The notes under the pieces are model-generated. The model was not told the DNA's origin. It saw nothing but the letters and a program-made list of their open reading frames with translations, and did no database searches. Of a stretch of DNA of 64,000 nucleotides, positions 48,944-59,469 are shown in pieces. The DNA lies in contig CBDCGL010000011.1 of NCBI GenBank assembly GCA_965216755.1, positions 1,312,001 through 1,376,000 on the forward strand. Reading direction: 5' to 3'. A program made the position numbers and the translations under genes. Each line of letters begins with the position of its first letter. Positions within the stretch are counted from its first letter, which is position 1. This DNA comes from Alphaproteobacteria bacterium (GTDB lineage Bacteria; Pseudomonadota; Alphaproteobacteria; UBA7887).

Positions 48944-49150
48944 GGGTAGCCATTCCTTGTCGGCATTGACATCGGCAGAATACGCGACGCCAAGACGGTA
49001 TTCGTCAAACCACTGGGCGGTCGAAGAGCCTACATGATCTGAGGCGTCGAGAGGAGGGTATCGTGGTTGAGTGATTGAGATTTCGCCGAGCGCGCGCGGC
49101 ATGTTGGAAATAGGTTCGCCCCAACCGCCCGGCTCGGCTACCATCGGCCT

Positions 49151-50293
49151 ATGATGGGTCAAGCATCGACCGGGCAATCAGTCGCGCGCTCAAGAGCGGG
49201 TTGTTTTCATACGCTGAATCCGTTGCGGCGGCGCGTTGCTTGTTGCGCTGTGATTGCGGTAAGTCTGGCGCGATCGGCTCTGGCACAAGACCCAGTCCCC
49301 GTGGAAGTCGTGGTCCCCCAACAGATCGAACGTGCGGCAACATTACGTCTCACCGGTACGTTAACAGCCGCGCGACATGCTTCCCTTTCCGCGCGGGAAG
49401 GCGGTTTGGTGACGGCCGTTATGGTCGATGCCGGCGATCGCGCGACCCACGGTGAGCCGTTGGTGCGCTTGGATGCTTCTCTGGTGGAGATCGAGCTTCG
49501 ACGCGCCGAAGCGGCCCTTGATGAAGCATTGACGCGTCTCGCCGAAGCGCAACGCCTCCGCGACGAAGCCCATGCCCTCGGCGCCAACATTCCGCAAAGC
49601 ACGCTGCGCACCCGCGAGGCACAGGTCGCCATCGAGCAAGCGGCCCTGGCGCGACTTGACGCGGAGAAACAACGCCAGGAAGAACTCGTCGCGCGCCATG
49701 AAGTTTTGGCGCCGTTTGATGGCGTCGTGAGCCGCAAACGGACCGAAGTTGGAGAATGGGTGACACCCGGCGAACCGGTTCTGGATTTCGTGGCCACCGA
49801 TCAGTTGCGGCTCGATGTGCAGGTCCCGCAGGACCACTTCGCCGGGATACTCGTCGGCGGGTCGGTACGGGTGCGGCTGGATGCTTTCCCTGAAAAGCAT
49901 TTTGTCGGATCGGTCGCAGCGAAAGTGCCGGTCGGCGATGCCTCGTCGCGAACGTTCCTGGTTCGCGTGGTCCTGGACAATCCTTCCGGCGAGATCAGTG
50001 CCGGTATGTCGGGCGAGGTCGCCTTTGACACGCAACACAGCGCCGGCGGCTTGGTTCTGCCCCGCGATACCTTGAAGAGGTATCCTGATGGAACAACAAC
50101 CGTATGGATCGTGCGCGATGCAAGTGATGGGCTGAGCGCATATGAACGCGAGATCCAAATCGGTCCGCGCATTGGCGCAACGATCGAAGTGTTGGATGGA
50201 CTGGACGCGGACGTTCGGGTCGTGGTGCGCGGGAACGAAACGCTGAGCGAGGGCGTGGCAGTGCGGATCGTCGACACGACCACGATGCGCTAG
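49151..50293 (+). CDS. RND efflux periplasmic adaptor (MFP)
   Basis: Lipoyl-like halves (G-x-V...VDAGD; APFDGVV...GEWV-x-PG), helical hairpin, SRTF, GM. Confidence 0.9.
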   Translation: MMGQASTGQSVARSRAGCFHTLNPLRRRVACCAVIAVSLARSALAQDPVPVEVVVPQQIERAATLRLTGTLTAARHASLSAREGGLVTAVMVDAGDRATHGEPLVRLDASLVEIELRRAEAALDEALTRLAEAQRLRDEAHALGANIPQSTLRTREAQVAIEQAALARLDAEKQRQEELVARHEVLAPFDGVVSRKRTEVGEWVTPGEPVLDFVATDQLRLDVQVPQDHFAGILVGGSVRVRLDAFPEKHFVGSVAAKVPVGDASSRTFLVRVVLDNPSGEISAGMSGEVAFDTQHSAGGLVLPRDTLKRYPDGTTTVWIVRDASDGLSAYEREIQIGPRIGATIEVLDGLDADVRVVVRGNETLSEGVAVRIVDTTTMR

Positions 50294-50302
50294 CAGATTG
50301 CA

Positions 50303-53300
50303 ATGATCCGCGGGGCAATAAACCACGGAACGCAACTGGCGGTCGTCGTATTGGTTGTCTGCGTTCTGGGCTTGATCGCGGCGCTTCGTGTTCCGGTGCA
50401 GATGATTCCAGATCTGGAAGTGCGCACAATCAGTGTCCGGACCAGCTGGCCCGGGGCAACGCCCCAGGATGTTGAGAATGAGATTCTCATCGAGCAGGAA
50501 GACTACCTCCGAACCATCCCCAATGTGCAGCGCATGACGGCAACCGCCGAACGCGGCAGTGCGCGCATCGAATTGGAGTTTCCATTCGGCGTCGATATCA
50601 ATGATGCGCTGATTCGTGTCAACAACGCCCTCAGCCAAGTTTCCGACTATCCCGAGAATGTCGACGAACCGCGCGTCTTCGCGAGCGCTTTTTCGCAGAA
50701 CGCATTCATTTTTTTCCGAATCGAACCCCGGCCCGGACGCGCGGTGACTTTGGACCTGGACATGATGCGCGACTTCATCGACGACAATGTCCGCGCGCGC
50801 ATGGAACGGGTCCCCGGCGTGTCGGAAGTACGTGTCGGCAGCGGCGCCCGTCGAGAGATCCGGGTTGCGATTGACGCCGGTCGGATCGCCGCGATGGGCC
50901 TGACGCTAACCGATGTTCGCGACGCCATCCGGGCACGCAACCGCGACATTTCTGCCGGCGACATCGACAGCGGCAAACGTCGATACCTGTTACGCACGGT
51001 CGGTCGCTTTAGCGATACCAAGGATCTTGCCGATTTGATCGTCGCGCGACAAGGCGAGTCAATTGTCAGACTAAGCGACGTTGCCGCCGTGACATTGGAT
51101 CATGCCGAACTGACCAACCACACCTTTGTCAACGGCCAACGAGTGGTCATCCTATCGGTCAGGCGAGAGATCGGATCCAACGTGATCGACGTCAAAAACG
51201 CGATGATGGAGGTTACCGCAAATCTCAATCGCGACGTTCTGCACCCCATCGGCTTGCAAATTACGTTGACCAGCGACGACGTCCGCTATGTGCGGGCGTC
51301 GATCTACAACGTATGGAAGAATCTGGCGATCGGTGCCGTACTCGCCAGCGCAGTCATGTTCCTGTTTTTGCGCACGGTGCCCGCGACGATGATTGGCGTA
51401 ATGGGTATTCCCGTGTGCACGTTGGCCGCATTCATCGGTTTGCTCGCCGCAGGGCGGACCGTAAACGTTATCTCGCTGGCGGGCATCGCATTCGCGATTG
51501 GAATGACGCTCGATAACAGCATCGTCGTTTTGGAAAGCATACGCCAAGAACTGTCGCGAACTGGCGATCGCGCCGCCGCGGCGTGGGCCGGCGTGCGCCG
51601 CGTGTGGCCCGCGGTTCTTGCCGCAACGATGACCACCGTGCTGGTATTCGCACCTGTCTTGTTTGTACGCGAAGAAGCCGGCCAACTGTTTTCCGACATA
51701 GCCATCGCCATTTCAGCCGCAATTGCCGCGTCAATGCTGATGGCGATCAGTGTCGTACCTTCAGCGAGCGCGCACGTCGCTTTGGTTCGCAAGAACGCGC
51801 GTCTGGGTGACGGCTATTTGAAAGCAACCACGGTCGCCAGCGTCCGTTGGCTTGTCGCGACTTGGCCGCGGCGACTGCTTGGAATTGGCCTGCCACTGGC
51901 TGCGACAATCGTGGCAATTGTGCAGCTGACCCCGCCCGCAGCATATCTTCCGGAAGGCGAAGAAGCGAAAACGTTTTCGCGTATGATCGCGCCGCCCGGC
52001 TACAACCTCCAGGCAATGCAAGCTGTTGCCGACAAGGTGCATGAAATTGTGCTGCCGCATATTGGCGCCGATCCGGGTCCCTTCGTGCGGGGCGAAACAC
52101 CGTTTCCCCCAATTGCATGGTTCTTGATGTCAATCAGCGCGCAACGGCTGTTCGTGGTTTCCGAGACCGCCGATCCAAAAGACATCAATCAACTAATGAA
52201 CGCACTCAACGATGTCTTTCGAAGCTATCCCGGCATGCGCGCCTTTTCGTCCCGCGGTTCGATCATTAGCAGCAATGACGGCGGCACGCGCAGTGTCAAC
52301 GTAGACATCGCTGGAACCGATTTGCGAACCATCTATGACGTGGCGTTGGCCGCTTATCGCCGGGCCGAACTGGCTTTCGACGAGCCGCAAATTAACTCGG
52401 ATCCGTCTTCTCTGGTTCTTGAACAGCCGATGATTGAGTTTCGTCCCCGTTGGACACGCGCGGTTGAGCTTGGCTTCAGCCACGAGCAAATCGGTTTCGC
52501 CATCGCGGCATTGAGCGACGGTGCATATGTCGACGAAGCGATCCTCGACGGACGTCGAGTCGACATTTTCCTGTACAGCCAAGCGGGCACCGCACAATCG
52601 CTGAACAACTTGGCGGAACTTCCACTCTACACGCCCCAGGGAACGGTCGTGCCGTTGGGCGCCGTCGCCGATTTGGTCGAACGTGCCGACACCGACAGCG
52701 TGCGCCGAGTCGATGGTCAAAGGTCGGTCACGCTAAATATCATACCGTCACGCGATATCGCTTTGGAAACGGCGGTCAATATTGTCCAAGGCGATGTTAT
52801 TGATCAAATGCGCCAAGAAGGGCTGCCCGCTGGCGTGACAATGGACATCTCGGGCGCAAGCGACCAGATGCACGCCACACGGCAGGCTCTGGCCCGAAAT
52901 TTTGCGGTCGCATTATTGCTCTGCTATTTGGTTATGGTCGCGATATTCACACATTGGGCGTTGCCCTTGGTTATTCTAACGTCCGTTCCACTGGGTATTG
53001 CCGGCGGTGTCATTGGCCTTTCGCTCCTGAACCTCGTTGGTGGAGCCCTACCAAGTTTCGGACTGGCCGCCATCCATCAGCCCTTTGACATGATCACCAT
53101 GCTTGGATTTTTGATCTTGCTCGGCACGGTCGTCAACAATCCGATCTTGATCGTTGATCAGTCGCTGCGCAACGTCCGCGATGAAGGCATGGCGCCGCGC
53201 GACGCGGTTCCGGCGGCCGTACGATCGCGACTTAGGCCGATGATGATGTCGACGATTACCACGGTGTTTGGGATCTCGCCACTCGTCCTATTGCCTGGCG

Positions 53301-53506
53301 CAGGCACTGAGCTCTATCGCGGCGTCGGGGCCATCGTGCTGTTCGGATTGCTATTCGCGTCCGCCATTACGATTGTCTTCCTGCCCCCGTTGCTCGTGTC
53401 GCTCTTGGAGATCTTTCGCGGCCGTAAAGCGCATGCCGTCACGCCGCAAGTGGGACCGACACTCCACGCACTCGACGACGAGAACCAAACGGAAGCGGCC
53501 GAATAG
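50303..53506 (+). CDS. RND efflux permease (AcrB/AcrD/AcrF family)
   Basis: WPGATP-x-DVE, NVISLAG, GMTLDNSIVVLE, GTVVNNPIL, RLRPMMMST. Confidence 0.93.
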   Translation: MIRGAINHGTQLAVVVLVVCVLGLIAALRVPVQMIPDLEVRTISVRTSWPGATPQDVENEILIEQEDYLRTIPNVQRMTATAERGSARIELEFPFGVDINDALIRVNNALSQVSDYPENVDEPRVFASAFSQNAFIFFRIEPRPGRAVTLDLDMMRDFIDDNVRARMERVPGVSEVRVGSGARREIRVAIDAGRIAAMGLTLTDVRDAIRARNRDISAGDIDSGKRRYLLRTVGRFSDTKDLADLIVARQGESIVRLSDVAAVTLDHAELTNHTFVNGQRVVILSVRREIGSNVIDVKNAMMEVTANLNRDVLHPIGLQITLTSDDVRYVRASIYNVWKNLAIGAVLASAVMFLFLRTVPATMIGVMGIPVCTLAAFIGLLAAGRTVNVISLAGIAFAIGMTLDNSIVVLESIRQELSRTGDRAAAAWAGVRRVWPAVLAATMTTVLVFAPVLFVREEAGQLFSDIAIAISAAIAASMLMAISVVPSASAHVALVRKNARLGDGYLKATTVASVRWLVATWPRRLLGIGLPLAATIVAIVQLTPPAAYLPEGEEAKTFSRMIAPPGYNLQAMQAVADKVHEIVLPHIGADPGPFVRGETPFPPIAWFLMSISAQRLFVVSETADPKDINQLMNALNDVFRSYPGMRAFSSRGSIISSNDGGTRSVNVDIAGTDLRTIYDVALAAYRRAELAFDEPQINSDPSSLVLEQPMIEFRPRWTRAVELGFSHEQIGFAIAALSDGAYVDEAILDGRRVDIFLYSQAGTAQSLNNLAELPLYTPQGTVVPLGAVADLVERADTDSVRRVDGQRSVTLNIIPSRDIALETAVNIVQGDVIDQMRQEGLPAGVTMDISGASDQMHATRQALARNFAVALLLCYLVMVAIFTHWALPLVILTSVPLGIAGGVIGLSLLNLVGGALPSFGLAAIHQPFDMITMLGFLILLGTVVNNPILIVDQSLRNVRDEGMAPRDAVPAAVRSRLRPMMMSTITTVFGISPLVLLPGAGTELYRGVGAIVLFGLLFASAITIVFLPPLLVSLLEIFRGRKAHAVTPQVGPTLHALDDENQTEAAE

Positions 53507-53544
53507 CTGATCATACGCACGGTCGGCGACCGCTGAACCACCAC

Positions 53545-54213
53545 TTATGCCGTGCCGGCGGCCGTCGACGCTTTGCGCGCCACGATATGGTACAGATGCC
53601 AACATTTGGTCGTACCCCGCGGCGTCGTCGACGTGGTCTCCTCTTCCTCGAATTTTTCGACCTGCAATTCGGCCAGAATGCGGTCCAGTTCCGTGCGGCT
53701 GAAGAATGTGATAGTCGGGTCGCCCACCCAACCATCGCGTTCGCCAAACAGCTGACCGGAAAAACGCCCATTGACCCGAAGTGAAGTGATCAAGCGCGAC
53801 CACATAGAGCGAAAGGCGACCGGTGGGCACAACGGCAACGCAAAGCTGGAGTTGATCAGGTTCGCACGTGGCCACGTCGCGCTTTCAAATCGCGCGACTT
53901 TGGTCTGTAGACTCGGGTTCGTCGGCAGATCCGGCCTAGCCAGCAAGGACTCGATCGCCGTGGCTTGCGCATCTATGGCGAGAACCGACCATCCGCGCCG
54001 CAACAGTTCGACCGTGTCGCGCCCCCCGCCGCACCCGAGGTCGACCGCGAAGCGCCGCCCGTCGGACGTAGGCTCGGCATCGAACCGATCGAGCGCAAAC
54101 AAAAGCGTGTCACGCGGCGGCCGCTCGCCCGTGTTTACGTAATACTGCCGCCACTTTTCGGCGCGTTCACGTGTGGTCACGTGAAAAGCCGGCGTTCTAC
54201 GATCGCGTCCCAA
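53545..54213 (-). CDS. Class I SAM-dependent methyltransferase
   Basis: AVDLGCGGGRD motif I; VLAID. Confidence 0.85.
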   Translation of the reverse strand: MGRDRRTPAFHVTTRERAEKWRQYYVNTGERPPRDTLLFALDRFDAEPTSDGRRFAVDLGCGGGRDTVELLRRGWSVLAIDAQATAIESLLARPDLPTNPSLQTKVARFESATWPRANLINSSFALPLCPPVAFRSMWSRLITSLRVNGRFSGQLFGERDGWVGDPTITFFSRTELDRILAELQVEKFEEEETTSTTPRGTTKCWHLYHIVARKASTAAGTA

Positions 54214-54234
54214 AGTAGCAACCGCGTCGATGCA

Positions 54235-55059
54235 TCAATACACATGCCCAAATCGGCGCATGGCGCGCCGTGTTTGTTGTTTCGCGTATTGCACCACCCC
54301 AACTTGCTCATGGGTCGGCGATCCCCGAAACACATCGAGATGGTCGACGCTATTGATGACAGCCGGATTGTCGGCCGCGTGGCGGATATCCCACGCCGGG
54401 ATTCTGTTGTTGCCGGTAAGCATCACGCAAGACCATTGGCCATCGGTCAAGAGCGGTTGCAATGAGATCATGACAGCGTGTTTCGAAGGAACTTTGTGAC
54501 GCAACTTCTGTGATGCCGACGCAAACAGCGTGGCAACAATATCTTTTTCGTAGGGATTGACGAGAAAGATCGACTCACCCGAACCGCTGGCGTTATGCCA
54601 TCGGCAGCCGGACCGCGTGAGACAAAACCGGCTCACCGTCTGCATCTGCTCGATAATTATCGGCCGCGCAAATTTCGCGTCGGGAATAACCGTCACGGTA
54701 CCGTAACCGGGAACGCGCATGATACCGTAGCCAACCGGAAGGTCGATCCGCCGAAAAATCGCCTCTCCGGCCGACAAAGCAATTTCTACAAATCCCGTGG
54801 CGCCAAGCCGATACTGCGACCAATCAGTGTCGATGTCCGATTGGCCACCGCGTACTGAAATCGCCTTTTTGCCGCCATCCGCGTGCTTGCCATCGCGAAA
54901 GACATTGGTTTCGACCAGCAACTCGCCGGTAAATGGCTCCTTTGTCCGGCTATCCAATATTTTTTGTACGTTTAGACCAATCGTTATCGTTCCCTCCGAA
55001 ACCGGAAACAGAGGAAACAACAACGGCGTGAGATAGGGAAACAACAATGGCTCAGACAT
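54235..55059 (-). CDS. Hypothetical protein; C-terminus resembles that of 55077..55994
   Basis: Co-oriented, GAGG RBS; IFLVNP...VPSK...SVDH. Confidence 0.65.
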   Translation of the reverse strand: MSEPLLFPYLTPLLFPLFPVSEGTITIGLNVQKILDSRTKEPFTGELLVETNVFRDGKHADGGKKAISVRGGQSDIDTDWSQYRLGATGFVEIALSAGEAIFRRIDLPVGYGIMRVPGYGTVTVIPDAKFARPIIIEQMQTVSRFCLTRSGCRWHNASGSGESIFLVNPYEKDIVATLFASASQKLRHKVPSKHAVMISLQPLLTDGQWSCVMLTGNNRIPAWDIRHAADNPAVINSVDHLDVFRGSPTHEQVGVVQYAKQQTRRAMRRFGHVY

Positions 55060-55076
55060 AGCCGGCCCTCAAACCG

Positions 55077-55994
55077 CTAGTTCGGAAAATGGTCTACACT
55101 CCATGACCCATCGCGATGTTCGTTGATGATATGTTTGCGTGTAGGCCGCGCACTTCGCACTGTAACAAAAACAGGTTCGTCCTTCGGCGCTTCGGGAAAG
55201 AGTATATCCAAGTCTTCGATCGCGGCGCCGCGCGGCGGCAGATCTTGATGCACGGTGCGCTGAAAGCCGCCGGCGGCGGACGACACCTCGATCTCCAATC
55301 CCGTGCGCCGTTCCACCGCATTGATGATCGAAACGCGCGTCGCCAACCTTTCACCATCGCCGGCCGTCACCACCGAATAGCGGTACCTGTCACGCGTCGC
55401 CATGGCATGAGGTTGCGTGTGGTACGATGCAGTCCAGCCCTTCCCTGACAGCGCAATCTGCGGTCGTAATGTTCCAAAAAAGCCTTCGTCGAGGGCATGG
55501 AGTGCAATCAAGAACCAACCTCGATCGATACCCGGCACAAGCTTGTTAAGATCGATCGTGCAATCCGTGTTGGAGTCAATACGACCTGCTTGTCGACTGA
55601 CAAGCTGACCGGACTCTGCGAACACGAGAACATTGTAGTTGAAATCGATCAATGCAAATTCGTCGTCATACATTTGGCCAAAGTTAGACAAGTGCAGCGT
55701 CGTTTTCACGTTGTCGTCACACACAAAAAAACCTGAATCGGCAAAGTCAGAAATGAGAAGTTGGCCAAATCGCCGACGCGCCCGTTCCTTGGGCCCGATC
55801 ATTACCTTGGCGTGGCCTTGGTGAATCGATTCCATGACAATGTCGAGATCGAACAAACACGCCGTGCATTTGGTGCCTATGGCGGTGTCCCGCACAAGGT
55901 CCTCATACGTGGCGCCTGGCTTGGCAAAGTGGGCACGAATGTCCGTTTCAGTCACGTTGAAGCAATAGCAAAGCGGCTTCGTATCGGTCATCAA
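55077..55994 (-). CDS. BFD-like [2Fe-2S] domain fused to an unknown beta-rich region
   Basis: LCYCFNVTE...GTKCTAC; start overlaps the stop of the upstream methyltransferase. Confidence 0.78.
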   Translation of the reverse strand: MMTDTKPLCYCFNVTETDIRAHFAKPGATYEDLVRDTAIGTKCTACLFDLDIVMESIHQGHAKVMIGPKERARRRFGQLLISDFADSGFFVCDDNVKTTLHLSNFGQMYDDEFALIDFNYNVLVFAESGQLVSRQAGRIDSNTDCTIDLNKLVPGIDRGWFLIALHALDEGFFGTLRPQIALSGKGWTASYHTQPHAMATRDRYRYSVVTAGDGERLATRVSIINAVERRTGLEIEVSSAAGGFQRTVHQDLPPRGAAIEDLDILFPEAPKDEPVFVTVRSARPTRKHIINEHRDGSWSVDHFPN

Positions 55995-56776
55995 TTCACC
56001 CGTTTTTCTTCCACACGCATGGCTTTGATCATATCGTTGTGGGCGGCTCGAGATTCCGTGCTCAGGTCATCTTGCCAATCGGTAAGTCGCACATATGACA
56101 AACCAGCATTCGTGCACATCGATTGCATCAAACCTGATGGATATTGGTAGTCCTTGACATTCGATCGCGCAACGCGCGTACCGTCGGCCTTGGCGAAATT
56201 GAACAGAAACAATCCGCTGGGACGCAACACCCGACGAACCGCCTTCATGAAGATCTCTGTTTCGCGCTGCGGCATGTGAGTCAAGACCGATTGCGCCCAA
56301 ACCATATCAACGCTCTGGTCATCCAGATAGGGCAGCGCATTATCGAATGCGACAATCCACGTCGGTTGTTTGACATCCAAACGCTCCCGTGTGGTCCAAT
56401 CGCGGGCTAACCGAATACGTTCCTTTGAAATTTCCACACCGATGTAGCGGCCGGGTCCCAAAAACTTGATGAGCGGAATGCCCGTTCGACCGAAGCCACA
56501 GCCAAAGTCAAGAATTGTGAGATCGGGCTTCAAGCCATGTCGGCACAGATAATCCACGTGATAGGTGCCACGCGAAAGATCGTAAAGGCCCTTGTCTTCT
56601 CGTGCGGCCTGAACTTTCGCGCTGCGCTGGAGAATCGACGCGATGCTGTTGCGCTTCTCTTGCCGGTCGAGCATCCAACCATAAAAATGATTCCACTCCC
56701 TGCCGACATAGTGGAAGGCCACTTCCACCAACGGCAGCGACTTCCACAACAGCCCCCCTTGGCCGCGCAGCTTCAT
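55991..56776 (-). CDS. Class I SAM-dependent methyltransferase
   Basis: ILDFGCGFGR, YIGVEIS, AQSVLTHM, RVLRPSG. Confidence 0.88.
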   Translation of the reverse strand: MKLRGQGGLLWKSLPLVEVAFHYVGREWNHFYGWMLDRQEKRNSIASILQRSAKVQAAREDKGLYDLSRGTYHVDYLCRHGLKPDLTILDFGCGFGRTGIPLIKFLGPGRYIGVEISKERIRLARDWTTRERLDVKQPTWIVAFDNALPYLDDQSVDMVWAQSVLTHMPQRETEIFMKAVRRVLRPSGLFLFNFAKADGTRVARSNVKDYQYPSGLMQSMCTNAGLSYVRLTDWQDDLSTESRAAHNDMIKAMRVEEKRVN

Positions 56777-56866
56777 GGATTCCCACCGTGCTCTCAGAAT
56801 GGCCGCCGCAGCAGCGCGACGTAATCTCTCAATCGTCCCGCGATCATAGGGCGCCCGCCTTGGACG

Positions 56867-57952
56867 TCAACCACGCGACGGCTCCTGGTCGTATCGTTCG
56901 GGAAATACGATCTTCATTTCAGTATGATAGGGGTCGGTACGGTAGCCTTCGCTGCCCTGGCCTGTTTGCAACCATTTCTCAAAACGCTTGCGGATGAACG
57001 GATCTTCAAGAAAGCCGTACATCGCATCCCAATCTGCCTTAGATGGAAAATGATTATCAGCCTCATATCCGTATCGGGCAAGATGCGGTTGGGTGACCAG
57101 CTCGACGAACATTGTCTCAGCGGGCGTCATCACATCGCGCCAGCGCTGCGTGGCCGGCGCAAATCCGACCATCGCGCCACCAAACGACGTATTATCGTGC
57201 CACGTCTCGCCAATCGTTACGCCATAGCTGTCCGGATCGAGCATACGATCTGAATAGTCGATGTTCAGGAACGCGCAGATCCGATCGACCGCGGCCCGTG
57301 GATTCGCGGCGACATCCTCGGCGCGGAGCATCATCACGCGCTCCGGTCCGAGCAATGCCTGATACCGGTCAATCGAGTCGATGGCGTGCACCGTGTTGAA
57401 AGCGGCATCCAAATACGTGTATCCCGGCTCGTTGGTCATCATTTTGTAGGATGCGGTAACACTGCGCGGGTCACGCAAGACGTGGATCACTTTGCCGTGG
57501 GGAAACATGGCCAGGAATTCGGGAATGCGGCTCCACATCAACGCGATCTTCTCGATCCATGATGTGCCGCTGGCACCATGGGCCGCCAGCAGGTGCGCCA
57601 TGATGCTGTCGTACAGGACCGCATATGAAACGCCGCGCGACTCGGCGTCGCCCAAGACAGCATCGACATCGAATCGCATTCGCCACCGGGCTTCGACCCG
57701 CCGATGAGTTTCGCGGACGAGCCGCACATAGTTTTCTTTGACCGTGATCGGGTCATACCGACCAATGCAAAATCGCAAATATTTGACTACCGACGACGTC
57801 GCGGTATAGGTCGGATGGCAGCCGATCACGCCGGCCAGAAACGTCGAATTTGATCGGTACAAGCTGGAAAGAAACAGCGGCCGCACCTCTTCGACCGTTC
57901 CGAGGTAATCACGCAGGTCGTCCAGACTTGCGCCAGCGTCATCGCGACCCAC
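56867..57952 (-). CDS. PAPS-dependent sulfotransferase family protein
   Basis: FLSSLYRSNSTFL (5'-PSB-like), WIEK, HVLRDPRSVTAS (3'-PB), RAED, ICAFL. Confidence 0.83.
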   Translation of the reverse strand: MGRDDAGASLDDLRDYLGTVEEVRPLFLSSLYRSNSTFLAGVIGCHPTYTATSSVVKYLRFCIGRYDPITVKENYVRLVRETHRRVEARWRMRFDVDAVLGDAESRGVSYAVLYDSIMAHLLAAHGASGTSWIEKIALMWSRIPEFLAMFPHGKVIHVLRDPRSVTASYKMMTNEPGYTYLDAAFNTVHAIDSIDRYQALLGPERVMMLRAEDVAANPRAAVDRICAFLNIDYSDRMLDPDSYGVTIGETWHDNTSFGGAMVGFAPATQRWRDVMTPAETMFVELVTQPHLARYGYEADNHFPSKADWDAMYGFLEDPFIRKRFEKWLQTGQGSEGYRTDPYHTEMKIVFPERYDQEPSRG

Positions 57953-57954
57953 GG

Positions 57955-58749
57955 CTATCCTAGCCCCACGCGCTCGGTTTCGTCGCTTCGCTTGAACGTT
58001 TCGGAATATGCGTCCGACAGCGTTTCAAACGGTTGGTGGCGAAGCCCCCGTTCAACGATCAAGAAATACTCATAGAACTTTGGTGGCTTGTGCTTCACAA
58101 ACTTGAACTTGGCGAAATCGCCCCGTTTTTCGAAATAGTACGCGTCCAACAACTTGTGTCCGCGATGCTTTAATTGCGCAAGCAATTGATCAACGTCAGT
58201 GAAATAATTTGGATGGCCTTTCTTACGCGCGCCCAATTCGGCATCCAGCGCCAAGTCATCGTCTTCACGATAGGAACAGTTCTTGCCGGTTACGTAGAGC
58301 CGCCCGCCGGGCCGCAGCACACGAGAAAACTCCGTCAACGCTTCGGCTTGGTAGGTCGCGTCAAACACGGCCAGACACGTGACGTTGTCGAAGCTCTCAT
58401 CAGCAAAAGGAAGCTCTTCCGCCTCGGCTTCTCTAAGATCGTCGACCGCCGCATCCCCTTGCCATTGGTCACGTGCCATTCGGATCATCGCGTCCGAAAT
58501 GTCAACACCGGTGACGCGCAGGCCACAGCCTTTGAAAAGTGCGAACATGCGCCCCCAGGCACAGCCCACATCAAGCAGGCTGCCCGCCGAGAACGGCGTC
58601 GCAGCAAAGATCCGTTCGTAAATCTCGTCACCCTCGGTCTTGGCGTCGCCGGCCACAACCGAACTCTCGGTCCCCCTCTCGGTTGATTCGGCAACGCGAT
58701 CGCGCCAATAGGCAACGTAGGTATCGTTCCAATACTGTTTTCTATCCAT
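57955..58749 (-). CDS. Class I SAM-dependent methyltransferase
   Basis: LLDVGCAWGR, GVDIS, LPFADESFD, RVLRPGG. Confidence 0.88.
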   Translation of the reverse strand: MDRKQYWNDTYVAYWRDRVAESTERGTESSVVAGDAKTEGDEIYERIFAATPFSAGSLLDVGCAWGRMFALFKGCGLRVTGVDISDAMIRMARDQWQGDAAVDDLREAEAEELPFADESFDNVTCLAVFDATYQAEALTEFSRVLRPGGRLYVTGKNCSYREDDDLALDAELGARKKGHPNYFTDVDQLLAQLKHRGHKLLDAYYFEKRGDFAKFKFVKHKPPKFYEYFLIVERGLRHQPFETLSDAYSETFKRSDETERVGLG

Positions 58750-59469
58750 CGACACCTGCGACTTGTCTGCGACAGCGGCACGCGGGGAATGCGAGAGCGC
58801 TTTGACGCACATGGCGGCCGCGGCTGGACAAGAGCAAATTTATCGTTTGGACGCGCCAGGTCAACGGCGGCAGCACGGCGACGCGATGTGCAACACTGAG
58901 TGCCACAACGACTCCCGCCAGCAATCCGGCTATATGCGCCCCCATATGCGGCGGCCACGCCAAGTTGCCCGAGACGATCGGCCCGAACGATATTTCCCAA
59001 ACGATCTTGGCAACCCCGATACCGAACATCGCCAGCCACAAACTGGCCCTCGTGCGACGCCACGATCGTAGAGTCAGCGCGGCATAGAGAGCGTTCAAGA
59101 TTGCCGAAAGACCACAAAAATACGAAACGTTGGGTGTCCCGACAAAAATGGTTGCCGAGATCATCGTGCCGGACAATCCGAGTATGCCAAACGCCAGTCT
59201 ACGGGAAGTACCGCCCTCGGCGGTTTCATAGGCCAGACCCAGCATCAGCCATGCGCCGACGTTGTAGGCCATGTGTTGTGCGTCCAATTGACCAAGTGCC
59301 CGGTCATGAGCCGCCAGATTTGGCCATCCAGAATGCGAGCGCGATCGTAGACCAACAAGTCCGGCGTGGCACCAAACACCACGTGCAAACAGATGCAAAC
59401 CGTCGCAACACCAAGAGTGACCCACGGCACGAAGATCGTGCCGCGGGTCGCTAGAAGGTTGTTATTCAC
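58742..59469 (-). pseudogene. Rhombosortase (rhomboid protease) with a 1-bp frameshift near 59287
   Basis: Frame 1: LLVYDRARILDGQIWRLMTGHLV; frame 2: LDAQHMAYN...CGLSA (catalytic Ser)...AHIAG (catalytic His); GTGA overlap with the VIT gene. Confidence 0.8.
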
